This document shows, piece by piece, positions 39,301-54,300 of a stretch of DNA of 64,000 nt (its first letter is position 1; each line of letters opens with the position of its first letter). Location: NCBI GenBank assembly GCA_004022145.1, contig RCNU01000006.1, one strand, 5' to 3'. The DNA comes from Paecilomyces variotii (taxonomy: Eukaryota). Position numbers and translations under genes: made by a program. Under the pieces are notes generated by a model. It saw only the letters and a list, made by a program, of their open reading frames with translations. It searched no databases and had not been told where the DNA came from.

Positions 39301-41970
39301 TATAATTATAATATTAAGCTATTAGAGAAGAAGTTACTTCCTTTTAAATTCTTATATATTATATCTTAAAATAAATTAAAGGTCTTAAAAGAATAAATTA
39401 AAAAAAATCTAAGAAAGAGATTTATTTACCTAAGCTTATTATCTATTATATCTTTAATTCTATTTATTAAAAAGCCTAGTAGAGGAATATAGATCTATAT
39501 AGATTACTAAGCCTTAAATATAATAATTATTAAAAACTAATATCCCTTACTTTTAATTAAGAAGACTCTAAATAATTTAAAAGGAATAAAGTACTTTATA
39601 AAGATTAATATTATTTCTATATTTAATAACCTTTATATTAAGAAAGAATAAGAATATCTAACTGCCTTTTATACTTAACTTAGCCTATTTAAATTATTAA
39701 TAATATTATTTAGCTTAATAGAAGTATTAATAATATTTTAAAGGTTTATTAATAATACTCTATAAAATTATCTTAATATCTTTTATATTATATATCTTAA
39801 TAATATTCTAGTATATAATATAACCTATTTTAAATATATTTAATATATCTATATTATTCTATAGAAGCTATATAAAATAGGCCTATATATAAAGATTTAG
39901 AAATATAAGTTTATTATTTTTAAGACTAAATTTTTAAATATTATTATTAGCTAAGACTATATTAAAATAGATTTAAATAAGGTAAAAATAATTGCTAAAT
40001 AGAAGACCTTAATCTATATAATTAATATATAAGCCTTTATTAAGTTTAGTAACTTTTACTATTAGTTTATTTATAATTTTTTTAAGATAATTATATTACT
40101 TATAAGCTTAACCTAAAAGAAAGTTCTCTTTAATTAAATACTCGCCTATTAGTCTAGTTTTAAAGCTTTAAAAAAAGCATTTATTTAAGCCTTAATCTTA
40201 AAGCTATTTAACTAGACTTATAAGGTTATAATTAAAATTAACTTATTTAACTATATATTAGTTAGAGTTATATCTTAGTATAATAATAAAAGAATCTTAT
40301 ATCTTATTATATTTTTTTTAAAGAAGCTCTTTATTATAGAGTATAATTATAAAATTTATAATAAAGAACTATTAATAATTATCTATTACTTTAAGGAGTA
40401 ATGCCTTAAGCTTAAAGATATACTATTACTAATTAAAATTATTATAGACTATTATAATTTAGAATATTTTATATTAATTAAGCTATTAAACTAGTAATAG
40501 GCTTATTAATCTAAGTTCTTATCTTAGTTTAACTTCTAAATTATATATTAATCTAGAAAATAAAAAATAAAGCCTAATATTTTAACTAGGAGGTTAGAAA
40601 ATCTTTTTAAAAAGGGGAATAAATAGCTATAGTATTAGAGCTAAATAGTCTTAAAAAAGGAGAATTTTAATTTATAGATCTAGAGATCTTTAAAACTAGA
40701 AGCTATTATTAAAAGTTAAATAATAAGATATATTTACTTTATTAATCTAATAGCTTAAGAGGCTAGAAATCTTATTAAATCTATAGGAATATCTGCTTAA
40801 TCTACTCTAAGAAGTTAATCTATTTAGTTTAGAGAACTTATTTAATCTATCCCGCTATTTAACTAGCCTATTAAGATTATTTAACTTATTAAAGAGATAA
40901 TTTAGTCTATTAAAGAGATTATTTAGCCTATTAAAGAAATAGCTTAGCCTATTAAATAAAATTAATTAAATTCTCTCGCTATACCTAATAAATTAAAGTA
41001 TTTATCTAATATTAAAGACCTGTTAAATATAGCTTATTTATTTAATAACTTAATATAATTTATCCTATAAGCCTTAGATTATAAGGCTAATTATTATTTT
41101 AAGATTATATTAATTAACTACTAATAAAAAGAAAGATATTTATATTATAGAAACTATTTATATATTCCTAATTATAATAAGCTAAAAGCCTATTTATTAT
41201 AAGAATACTATAATAAGTATATATTTAGATACTTTAAAAAATATAAGCTTTATAATCTAATCTTATAAGAATATTATTAGCTAAATATATATTAATATAT
41301 AAATTATTAGACCTAGAATTACTATATTTATTATTATATTATACTTTTAAATAAAAGCTATTAAAGAATCTTATATTAGCTCCTTATCTCTAAATACTTT
41401 TAGTAAGATATTTTAATAGATTTTATTACTAGACTTATATCTTATTAAAATTATAATACTATATTAATTACTATAGACTAATTTATAAAGATAAGGCATT
41501 TTATTCTTTACTAGGCTATTTATAATATTAAAGGAGTAGTATAATTATATATCTATTATATATAGAAGCTTTATAGGTTATTAAAGATTATAATATTTAA
41601 TTAAAATCTCTAATTTATTATTACTTTCTAGAAATACCTAATTTAATGCCTAGATATTATAAATCTATTATTTATTATTTATTACCCTAAGACTAATAGT
41701 TAGATTAAGAGGATAAATACTATCTTAGAATAATATCTATGCGCTTATATTAACTATTTATAAAATAATTAAGTTAATTAGCTATCTTTAACTAAGTTTA
41801 TATTAAACTCTTATTATTCTAAGACTATTAAAATATTGCCTTTTTTTACTAATTATAGGTTCTATCTATATATAGGATTTAAGTCTGTTTAGCTTATAAA
41901 CTAGCCTATTATTAGAGATACTAAAACCTTTACTAGAAAAATATAAGATATTATAGATTATATTTATACC

Positions 41971-44900
41971 TATTATAGTACTAGTATAGAAGATAGAGAT
42001 TTACCAGCTAATACTTATATAAGGTATTATATAACCTCATAAAGATATCTTTAATATATAGCTTAATTTAAATTTAAGCTTTTTAAGCTATATCTTATTT
42101 ACTAAGCTTATTTATAATAGCTTATTTTAGTTTAAATTAACTAAATAAAGATTTTATAGCTAGTCCTAATATTAATTATCTTATTTTATTTATTTTAACT
42201 TACTTTTTAAGCCTATATTTTAATATTATATAGCTTCTATTTAAGAGTTAATACTATTAATAATATTTACCCTAATTTTTTTATTCCTGCTAATAATTTT
42301 AGAAAAGTTTATTAAATATATTATTACTAACTATAAGCTAGAATAATATAATTATTATTACTTAATATATAAATATATTAGTAAAGCTAAGACTATTATA
42401 AATAAGATAAATTATTAAATTAAAATATACTTTTAAAAGCTTTAGTAAAAATTTACTATTATTTAATAGAGACTTAAATAAGAAGTTATTAAATTTAAGG
42501 CTATTTAATAATATTAGAAGATTTAGCTTTAAGAAAAAGAATAGTAGTATATTTAAGCTATTTTTAAAAGAGATTAGGCCTATTATATAATTATACCTAC
42601 TATAAATATATCTCTATTTATACTTAAATCTAAGCCTAATATTAAGAGGCCTATAATTATTTTAATAGGAATATTTAAAATGCCTATTATTATACTTTCT
42701 TCTATTCTTAGATTTTTAAAGAGACTCTTTAATCTTAATAAGTTTAAAGGCAATTAAAAGGACCTTTAGCACTTTATAGCCTAAATCTAAGAGAAGATAA
42801 TAATTAATTAAGATTAATTCCTAACCTTTTAAAGCTATATAATTTATATAATTAATTACTTAAAGAATGTGCCCTATATTTAAATATTACTATATATTAG
42901 AGATAGGACCTATATTTTTAATAATTATTAAGAGATTCTAAATATTTTAAAACATATATTTAATAATCTTAATTATATAAATAATATATATAATAAACTA
43001 TTTAACCTCTATTAAATTAATAAAAAATTTAGAATTTTTTTTACTAAGTTCTAGTACTTAGTACTAAAAAAAGAAATATTTAAAAGAATATTATTTATCT
43101 TACTAGAATAAGCTATTAGCTAAAAACTTTAAGAAATATTATTATATAGCTAGCCTCTAAGTTATAAATATTATTAATTTATTAAATTCTTATAAGATCT
43201 TAAAAACTGCTGCTATTAGTATACTATAAACTAGCCCCTTATTATAAAGACTTATACTACTATTTTAAAACCCGCTTAATATATTTAATTCTTTTTATTT
43301 ATTTTAAATCTTGCCTTAGCTATAAGATATAATAGCTAGTCTTAAAGAAGCCTTATATAAAAAAGTAAATTAGCTCTAGCATAGTTATATAATCTAATAG
43401 ATTTAAATATTTTTAAATACCTAAATAAGAGAGAGTATAATCTATTATATTATAAAACTAGTACTTACTTTTAATATAGCTTTTTAAAATATTATATTAA
43501 AGATTACTTATATCTAGATAATTACTAGAAGATTTAAGCTATAGCTATATATAAATTTTATTCTTAAACTCTTTAGGCAATCTAATTTCTAGACTTATAT
43601 AGTCTATCTTTTAGCTAGTTTTTAATAAAAGAAGTAAGCTTAGAGTAAATTATAGCTAAGCTTAAGAATTATATATTATTTAAATCTCCGCTACTATTAT
43701 TTATAGAATTAACCTTAAAAAATACTTATAATAATTAAAATTAATAATATTATTTATAATATTAAAAAAGAAGAAGAAGAAGATTTATTTATTAATTTAT
43801 GCCCTGCTTAATACTAGAGCTAAAGGATAAAGATTTATAGATTAAAGATAGGCTAAAGATTAAAAGTTAGAGCTTATCCCCCTAAAGAGTCTAATTATTT
43901 TATATATATTTAATAAAAGAGAATTAGAGAATAGGAAGATTATATATTATATCTAGATAAATATAAGAATTAAGAATTATTTTAAAAAAAATACTAAGTT
44001 CTATATTATTTAATTAGTATATTATCTTATTATCTTAAAACTCCCTTAATTAAAGCGCTATAATTTATACTTATAATTTATTACTTATAATATTACTTTT
44101 AATAATAATTATTATTAAAAGAATTATAATATATTCTTAAAGCTAATTATAATATTTATTTTATATAATATTCTTTTAAAGGCTTTATTTTAATACTTAC
44201 CCCTAAGATCTAGAAGATTAGAAGAGAGAAATATAGTCTTTATTTTTTTAGCTGCTTATTCTGCTTATATTTAAAGAAATATCTAAATATTTATAATTAT
44301 TTTAGAGGATTTAGATGCTATTCTAAAGATTAAATAAGTCTAGAAAAAAGACCCTATCCGCCTATTATTTAAGGAGTTTAAAGATTATATTAATATCTTT
44401 TTTTTTAAAGAGGCTAAGTATCTATTATTATATTATTTTTATAATTATAATATTAAGCTATTAAAAGAGAAGTTGCTTTTTTTTAAACCCCTATATATTA
44501 TATCTTAAAATAAATTAAAAGTCTTAAAGGAATAGATTAAAAAAAATCTAAAAAAGAGATTTATTTATTTAAGCTTATTGCTTACTATATCTCTAATTCT
44601 ATTTATTAAGAAATTTAGTAAAGGAATATAGATCTATATAAATTATTAAGCCCTAAATATAATAATTATTAAAGACTAATATTCTCTACCTTTAATTAAG
44701 AAGACCCTAAATAATCTAAAAGGAATAAAGTACTTTATAAAGATTAATATTATTTCTGTATTTAATAATCTTTATATTAAGAAAGAATAAGAATATCTAA
44801 CTATTTTTTATACTTAATTTAGCCTATTTAAATTATTAATAATATTATTTAGCTTAATAAGAGTATTAGTAATATTTTAAAAGTTTATTAATAATATTCT

Positions 44901-47900
44901 ATAAGATTACCTTAATATCTTTTATATTATATACCTTAATAATATCTTAGTATATAGTATAACTTATTCTAAATATATCTAATATATTTATATTATTCTA
45001 TAGAAGCTATATAAAATAGGCCTATATATAAAGATTTAGAAATATAAGTTTATTATCTCTAAGACTAAATTTTTAGATATTATTATTAGCTAAGACTATA
45101 TTAAAATAAACTTAAATAAGGTAAAAATAATTATTAAATAAAAGACCCTAATTTATATAATTAATATATAAGCCTTTATTAGGTTTAGTAATTTTTATTA
45201 TTAGTTTATTTATAACTTTTTTAGGATAATTATACTGCTTATAAGCTTAACCTAGAAGGAAGTTCTCTTTAATTAAATATCTGCCTATTAGTCTAGTTTT
45301 AAAGCCCTAAAAGAAGTATTTATTTAAACTTTAATTTTAAAGCTATTTAACTAGATCTATAAGGTTATAGTTAAAATTAATTTATCTAATTATATATTAG
45401 CTAGAGTTATATCTTAGTATAATAATAAAGGAATCTTATATTCTATTATATTTTTCTTAAAGAAGCTCTTTACTATAGAGTATAATTATAAGATTTATAA
45501 TAAAGAACTATTAGTAATTATTTACTGCTTTAAAGAATAATACCTTAAGCTTAAAGATATACTATTACTAAATAAAGTTATTATAGATTATTATAATCTA
45601 AAATATTTTATATTAATTAAGCTGCTAAATTAATAATAGGCTTATTAATCTAAGTTTTTATCTTAGTTTAACTTTTAAATTATATATTAACTTAAAAAAT
45701 AAGAAATAAAGCCTAATACTCTAATTAAGAGATTAGAAGATCTTTTTAAGGAAAGGGATAAATAGCTATAATATTAAAGCTAAATAGTCTTAAAGAAAAA
45801 GAACTTTAATTTATAGATTTAAAGATCTTTAAAACTAAAAGCTATTATTAAAAATTAAATAATAAGATATATTTACTTTATTAATTTAATAGCTTAAAAG
45901 ATTAGAAATTTTGCTAAATCTATAGAAATACCTGCTTAATTTACTTTAAGATATTAATCTATTTAGTCTAGAGAATTTATCTAGTTTATTTTACTGCCTA
46001 ATTAGTCTATTAAGATTATTTAATTTATTAAAGAGATAATTTAATCTATTAAAGAGATTATTTAGTTTATTAAAAAAATAGCTCTATCTATTAAATAAAA
46101 TTAATTAAGTTTTTCTATTATACTTAATAAATTAGAATATTTATTTAATATTAAAAATCTGCTAGATATAGCTTATTTATTTAATAACTTAATATAATTT
46201 ATTCTATAAGCCTTAGATTATAAAGCTAATTATTACCTTAAGATTATATTAGCTAATTATTAATAAAGAGAAAGATATTTATATTATAAAGACTATTTAT
46301 ATATTTTTAATTATAATAAGTTAAGAGCCTACTTATTATAAGAATATTATAATAAGTATATATCTAGATATCTTAAAAAATATAAGCTTTATAATTTAAT
46401 TTTATAAGAATATTACTAGCTAAATATATATTAATATATAAATTATTAAACCTAGAATTATTATATTTACTGCTATATTATACTCTTAAATAAAAGCTAC
46501 TAAGAAGTTTTATACTAGCTTCTTATCCTTAAATACTTTTAATAAAATATCTTAATAGATTTTATTATTAGATTTATATCTTATTAAAATTATAATATTA
46601 TATTAATTACTATAGACTAACTTATAAAAATAAGATACTTTATTTTTTATTAGGCTATTTATAATATTAAAAAAGTAATATAATTATATATCTATTATAT
46701 ATAGAAGCTTTATAGGCTATTAAAAACTATAATATTTAATTAAGGCTTTTAGTTTATTACTGCTTTCTAGAAATACTTAATTTAATATTTAAATATTATA
46801 AACTTACTATTTACTACCTATTATTTTAAGACTAATAATTAAATTAAAAAGATAAATATTATTTTAAAATAATACCTGCGCGCTTATATTAGCTATTTAT
46901 AAAATAATTAGATTAACTAGCTATCTTTAGCTAAGTTTATATTAAACTCTTACTATTTTAAAACTATTAAAATATTACTCTTTTTTATTAATTATAGGTT
47001 CTATTTATATATAGGATTTAAGCCTATTTAGCCTATAAACTAGCCTATTATTAAAGATATTAAAGCCTTTACTAAAAAGATATAAGATATTATAAATTAT
47101 ATCTATATCTAGATTTATACTGCTTAAGCCTATTATAAAGAATAGACTAATTATTATTAAACCTTAGCTTATTATTATTATATAGAATAGTTTATTTAAT
47201 TAAATATTTAAAATATCTATATTTAGTATCTCTAGAAGAAACTTAATTAAAAGAATCTTAGCTTATTTTATATTATTAAGGTTATTAGCCTATATATTTA
47301 CTAGCTTAACTTACCTGCCTTAATATATATTTATCCTATATTTAATATTAGCCTATTTTACCCTATTATTAAAGACTCTATACTTAAATAAAGATAACCT
47401 TTATTACTGCCTATTAAAGTTAATAATTTTAAAAAATAAGTTATTAAAAATATTCTAGACTCTTAATAGAAATACTATAAATATAAAGGCCTTTAATTAT
47501 AATATATTATTAAATAATTAGATTATAATAATTTAATTAAAGAGCCTATATACTATCTATAGTATACTTAAGAGATTATTATTAACTTTTATTACTATTA
47601 TTTAAATAAGCTAAAGCTAGAGAATAGTCTTAATAGAGCTTAGCCTTAAAAAAAAGAGTATTATTATAATATTAATATAAGAGATAGAGATTTATTAGCT
47701 AATATTTATATAAAATATTATATAATCTTATAAAGATATCTTTAATATATAGCTTAATCTAAATTTAAGCTTTTTAAACTATATCTTATTTATTAAGCCT
47801 ATTTATAATAGCCTATTTTAGTCTAAATTAGCTAGATAAAGATCTTATAGCTAGTCCTAGTATTAATTACTTTATTCTATTTATTTTAACCTATTTCTTA

Positions 47901-47916
47901 AGCCTATATCTTAATA
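41971..47916 (+). mobile_element. Ty3/Gypsy element E3 (family 1), full length, inserted in the 3' pol (integrase) region of E2
   Basis: LTRs at 41971-42225 and 47662-47916, TSD ATACC/ATATC (one transition). RT motif YLNNILVYS at ~44932-44958. RIPed chromodomain-like segment (..ILDS..YIIK*LDY..) at ~47430-47550. Confidence 0.9.
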
Positions 47917-48302
47917 ATATCTAGATCTGCGCCGCTTAAGCTTATTATAAAAAATAGACTAATTACTATTAAACTCTAGCCTACTACTATTATATAGAAT
48001 AGTTTATTTAGTTAAATATTTAGAATATTTATATTTAGCACTTTTAGAAGAAACTTAATTAAAAGAATCTTAGCCTATTTTATATTATTAAGGTTATTAG
48101 CCTATATATTTACTAGTTTAACCTGCCTGCCTTAATATATATTTATTCTATATTTAATATTAGCCTGCTTTACTCTATTATTAAAGACCCTATACTTAAA
48201 TAAAGATAATCTTTACTACTGCCTATTAAAATTAATAGCCTTAAGGAATAAATTATTAAAGATATCTTAGACTTCTAATAGAAATATTATAAGTATAGAA
48301 AC

Positions 48303-51300
48303 TATTAAGGTATAGGCTTAGGAAGTAGATTAGAATAAATAGAATAAGGAAATTAATACTAGGACTAGCTATAAGATCTCTATTTAGCTAATTTAAACTA
48401 GAATAAGCTATTATAAGCAGGCTTAATAAATAAAATATAGCTTAAAGGGCTTAAATTTAAATTAAGCTATATATTAAAGATATCTTTATAAGGTTATATA
48501 ATATTTTATATAAATATTAGCTAATAAATCTCTATCTCTTATATTAGCACTATAATAATATTCCCCTTTTTAAAGTTAAGCTCTATTAAGACTATTCTTA
48601 AGCTTTAGCTTATTTAAATAATAATAATAAAAGTTTATAATAATTTTCTAAATATATTATAAATAATATATAAGCTCTTTAATTAAATTATTATAGCTTA
48701 ACTATTTAATAATATATTATAGTTAAGGGCCTTTATATCTATAATATTCTTATTAAGAGTTTAAAATATCTTTAATAACTTATTTTTTAAAGCTATTAAC
48801 TTTAATAGATAATAATAAAGATTATCTTTATTTAGGCATAAAATCTTTAATAATAAGGTAAAATAAGCTAATATTAAATATAGAATAAATATATATTAAG
48901 GCAGGTAAATTAAGCTAATAAATATATAGGCTAATAACCTTAATAATATAAAATAAGCTAAGATTCTTCTAATTAAGTTTCTTCTAGAGATACTAAATAT
49001 AGATATTTTAAATATTTAATTAAATAAACTATTCTATATAATAATAATAAGCTAAGGTTTAATAATAATTAGTCTATTTTTTATAATAGGCTTAAGCAGT
49101 ATAAATCTAGATATAGATATAATTTATAATATCTTATATCTTTTTAATAAAGGCTTTAGTATCTCTAATAATAGGTTAATTTATAGGCTAAATAAGCTTA
49201 AATCCTATATATAGATAGAACCTATAGTTAGTAAAAAAAGATAATATTCTAATAATCTTAGAATAATAGGAGTTTAATATAAACTTAGCTAAAGATAGCT
49301 AATTAACCTAATTATTTTATAAATAGCTAATATAGGCATATAGATATTATTTTAAGATAATATTTATTTTTTTAATCTAACTATTAGTTTTAAGATAATA
49401 AGTAGTAAATAATAGGTTTATAATATCTAGATATTAGGTTAAGTATTTCTAAAAAGCAGTAATAAACTAAAAATCTTAGTTAAATATTATAGTCTTTAAT
49501 AGCCTATAAAGCTTTTATATATAGTAAATATATAATTATACTATTCTTTTAGTATTATAAATAGCTTAATAGAGAATAAAATACCTTATCTTTATAAGTT
49601 AGTCTATAATAACTAATATAGTATTATAACTTTAATAAGGTATAAATTTAATAATAAAATCTATTAAGATATCTTATTAAGAGTATTTAGAGATAAAGAG
49701 CTAGTATAAAACTTCTTAATAGCTTTTATTTAAAGATATAATATAATAATAAATATAGTAATTTTAAATCTAATAATTTATATATTAATATATATTTAGC
49801 TAATAATATTTTTATAAGATTAAATTATAAAGCTTATATTTTCTAAAGTATTTAAGTATATACTTATTATAGCATTTTTATAATAAGTAGACTTTTAGCT
49901 TATTATAATTAAGAATATATAAATAGTCTCTATAATATAAGTATCTTTTTCTTTATTAATAATTAGCTAGTATAATCTTAAAGTAATAATTAGCTTTATA
50001 ATCTAAGGCTTATAAAATAGACTATATTAAGTTATTAAATAAATAAACTATATCTAGTAAGTCTTTAATACTAGATAAATATTCTAATTTATTAAATATA
50101 ATAGAAGAACTTAACTAGTCTTATTTAATAGGCTAGGCTATTTTTTTAATAGGCTAAATAATCTCTTTAATAAACTAGATTATCTCCTTAGTAGATTAAA
50201 TAATCTTAACAGACTAATTAAGTAATAGGATAAACTAAATAAGTTCTTTAAGCTAAATAGATTAATATCTTAAAATAGATTAAGTAAATATTCTTATAGA
50301 TTTAATAAAATTTCTAACCTCTTAAACTATTAGATTAATAAAATAAATATATCTTATTATTTAATTCCTTATAATAGCTTCTAGTTTTAAAAATCTCTAA
50401 ATTTATAAGTTAAGATTCTCCTTCTTTAAGACTATTTAACTCTAATACTATAGCTATTTATCCTCCTTTTTAAAAAAAATCTTCTAACCTCTTAATTAAA
50501 ATATTAAGCTTTACTCCTTATTTTTTAAATTAATATATAATTTAGAAATTAAACTAGGATAAAAATTTAGATTAATAGGCTTATTACTAGTTTAATAACT
50601 TAATTAATATAAAATATTTTAAATTATAATAATTTATAATAACTTTAATTAATAATAATATATCTTTAAGCTTAAAGTACTATTTCTTAAAGCAATAAAT
50701 AATTATTAGCAGTTTTTTATTATAAATCTTATAATTATACTTTATAATAAAAAGCTTTTTTAAAAAAAATATAATAAGATATAAGATTCTTTTATTATTA
50801 TATTAAGATATAACTTTAGCTAATATATAGTTAAATAAATTAGTTTTAATTATAATCTTATAGGTCTAGTTAAATAGTTTTAAGATTAGAGTTTAAATAA
50901 ATACTTCTTTTAAGGCTTTAAAACTAGACTAATAAGCAAGTATTTAATTAAAGAGAACTTCCTTTTAGGTTAAGCTTATAAGCAATATAATTATCCTAAA
51001 AAAATTATAAATAAATTAATAATAAAAGTTATTAAACTTAATAAAGGCTTATATATTAATTATATAGATTAAGGTCTTTTATTTAGCAATTATTTTTACC
51101 TTATCTAAGTTTATCTTAATATAGTCCCAGCTAATAATAATACTTAAAAACTTAATCTTAGAGATAATAAACTTATATTTCTAGATCTTTATATATAGGC
51201 CTACTTTATATAGCTTCTATAAGATAGTATAAATATATTAGATATATTTAAAATAAGTTATACTATATACTAAGATATTATTAAGGTATATAGTATAAAA

Positions 51301-54300
51301 GATATTAAGGTAATCTTATAGGGTATTATTAATAAATTATTAAAATATTATTAGTATTTCTATTAAGCTAAATAGTATTATTAATAATTTAAATAGGTTA
51401 AGTTAGGTATAAAAGGCAGTTAAGTATTCTTATCCTTTCTTAATATAAAAATTATTAAATATAGAAATAATATTAATCTTTATAAAGTATTTTATTCTTT
51501 TTAAATTATTTAGGGTCTCTTTAATTAGAAGTAAAGAATATTAGTCTTTAATAGTTATTATATTTAGGGCTTAATAATCTATATAGATCTATATTTCTCT
51601 ACTAGGCTTCTTAATAAATAGAATTAAGAATATAGTAAATAATAAGTTTAAATAGATAAATCTCTTTTTTAAATTTTTTTTAATTTATTCTTTTAAGACT
51701 TTTAATTTATTTTAGGATATAATATATAGAGTATAAGGAACGGGGGTTTCTAGAAGTTACTGGCGAATTACTCCGCCAGTAATTATAGTAAAAGGAGTAG
51801 TCGCTTTATATACCTAGCTCGGAGAAGGGTTTACCGGCGAGATAAAGGGTTAACTATTATAACAAAGGGTCTAATTAATATAAAAAAGGGTCTATATTAG
51901 AGGGGTCTAGTAATAAAGAGTCTATATAAGTAAAGAAATAGTAGGGTATATATTATATTAGAATAGATTACTAGCTTCTAGTAAGATAGTAATTTAGAGC
52001 CTATTTATATTCTAAATCTTAAGCACTTCTTAGCTTTATCTTATATAAATCCTAAAAGCGGGGAGAATAAGGTTTAATTAATTATCTTAGTATTATATTT
52101 AGATTTAGGGCTTTACTATAATCTTATAAGCTTATACTTTAATAGGGAGCTAGAGGTATAATAATATCTCCCCCTTTTTTAAAGGCTTATTCTTAAACTA
52201 TTATAAAGTTATTATATTAAATATAGAGTATAGCTTTATAGAGTTTTATAATATAATAAATAAAGAAACTTTTTATTATCTTTATAGTAAAGGGTTAAAA
52301 AGTTATATAAGCTAAGAGTATTATTTATATAATACTATAAGATTAGAATTTTAACCCCTAGTAATTATCTTCTTACCTCCTATTATATATAGCTTTTAGT
52401 CTTAAATATATTTAAATAAAGATTTAAACATATTTTTAAGGTTATAATAGTGCTAATAATATAGCAGTTTATTAAATTTAAGAAATTAGTTATTTTTTTA
52501 TTAGTTTTTAAAGCTTCCTGCTTTAAGGGTAAGTTATCTTAATTAACTATATTAATATAAGCTAATTTAATTTAGATAATGCTGCCTTAAATTTATTTTA
52601 TATTTAAGCAATATAAAAAGACTCTTTAAATAAGTATTCTAGTATAAGATTTTATATATTATATACTAATTTCTATAGTATTAATAGCTTAAGGATATTA
52701 TCTCCCCCTCTGAGGAATTATCCCCTCCTTTTACTTCTAAGATAAAGGATATAGCTATTATTATTATAATATAGCTAAATCTAATTATTGCTATAATACT
52801 AGAAAATAATCTCTTAACTACTGCTAAGATATTAAGGACTCTGGCTATTATTATAATACTAAAGAGAGCGCTTCCTTAAGTAAATATTATTCCTTTTACA
52901 ATTATTAATAAATTAATATCTTTATTTATTAGCAAAGATTCTCTTATAAAGAATCTGTTAAATAAAATAAATATTATGCTAGAATTAAGATATGCTTAAT
53001 TTATATTTTTATTAGATTAATTTCTTACTATAGTCCTAGTAATTATATAAGTAGGTTTTTTTTTTTAATAGCAGCGCCGAAAAGCCTGTTTAAAAAAAAA
53101 AAAACTTATTTTATTACTAGGCCAGCTGCTATAGATAAATTAAGGATAACTTCTATTTATACTATTAAGAGACCCTAAAGATAGAATACTAAATATAAGA
53201 AGGTTATTAATATAGAGACCTAAACTAAACTAGCTATTATTAAGATATTAGTTAAGATTACTATTATTATTATTACAGATATAATAATAAAAAATAACTC
53301 TATTATTTTTAGGCTAAATAAAGAGTTTTTTCTAATATCTTAAAAGATATATCTTTACTATTTAAAGAGGCTAATTAAGAATCTAGCATTTTAGTACACT
53401 TATATTAATATTAATATTAAATATAATTATTGTAGTTATAAGTATAAGCCCTATATTCTAGTCTTATTAATTTATAAGGATAAGCTTACTTATCTATAGA
53501 GTTTTAGCTAAGAAGCTTATCTCTTAGATAATTATAGGTCTTTTAAGGAGGCCTATAATAAATATAAATCCTTTATAAAGGTATACCTGCGTAAAGCGCC
53601 TATTAAGGTAAATATAAACAAGCTTATATTTACTATTCTATTAACCCTATCTTTATATAAGCAGTTTATAATATAGCTCTAGTAAGAGTTATTTAGATTA
53701 CTTTATTTAATAATATTAAATCTGCAGTATATACAGGAAATTATATATATTATTTATAATATTTCTCCTTTCTCTAATAGGGAGAAAGATAAATTTATAT
53801 TAATAAAGTTCTATAATAGTAAAATAAATAAGTAAGGGGATTAATCTTAGGCCTATATTTTTAGTTTTTGCTAGAGATAGCCTAGTTAAAATAAATTTAT
53901 TTCTAGATAGACTAGCTTTTTATATTCTTATTAAAACTTCTAAACCTTTATAAATAAATAAATAAAGAAAGAGTAATATAGATTTAATAATAAAATAGTT
54001 AAGTAAAACTTAAAAACCTAATAAAAAAAAAAGAAATCTTGCTAGTTTTATTAATCTCTTTTTTTAAAGCTTTTTAGAGCCCTTTTTAAAAAGGTCTTAT
54101 TAATAGCTTATATTATTGCCTTAAATTTAGCTAGTATATTTTAGGCATATTTAAGGTCCTCTTTAGGCTGCTATAAATTTTTATAATCTAGATAACTCTT
54201 TTATTTAATTAAATATTGCTTCTTTTTCTATATTATTTATTTATCTAGAATAGCCTTAATCTCCTATTCTAGTTTATTATTTACTAAGATTAAGTCTAGA

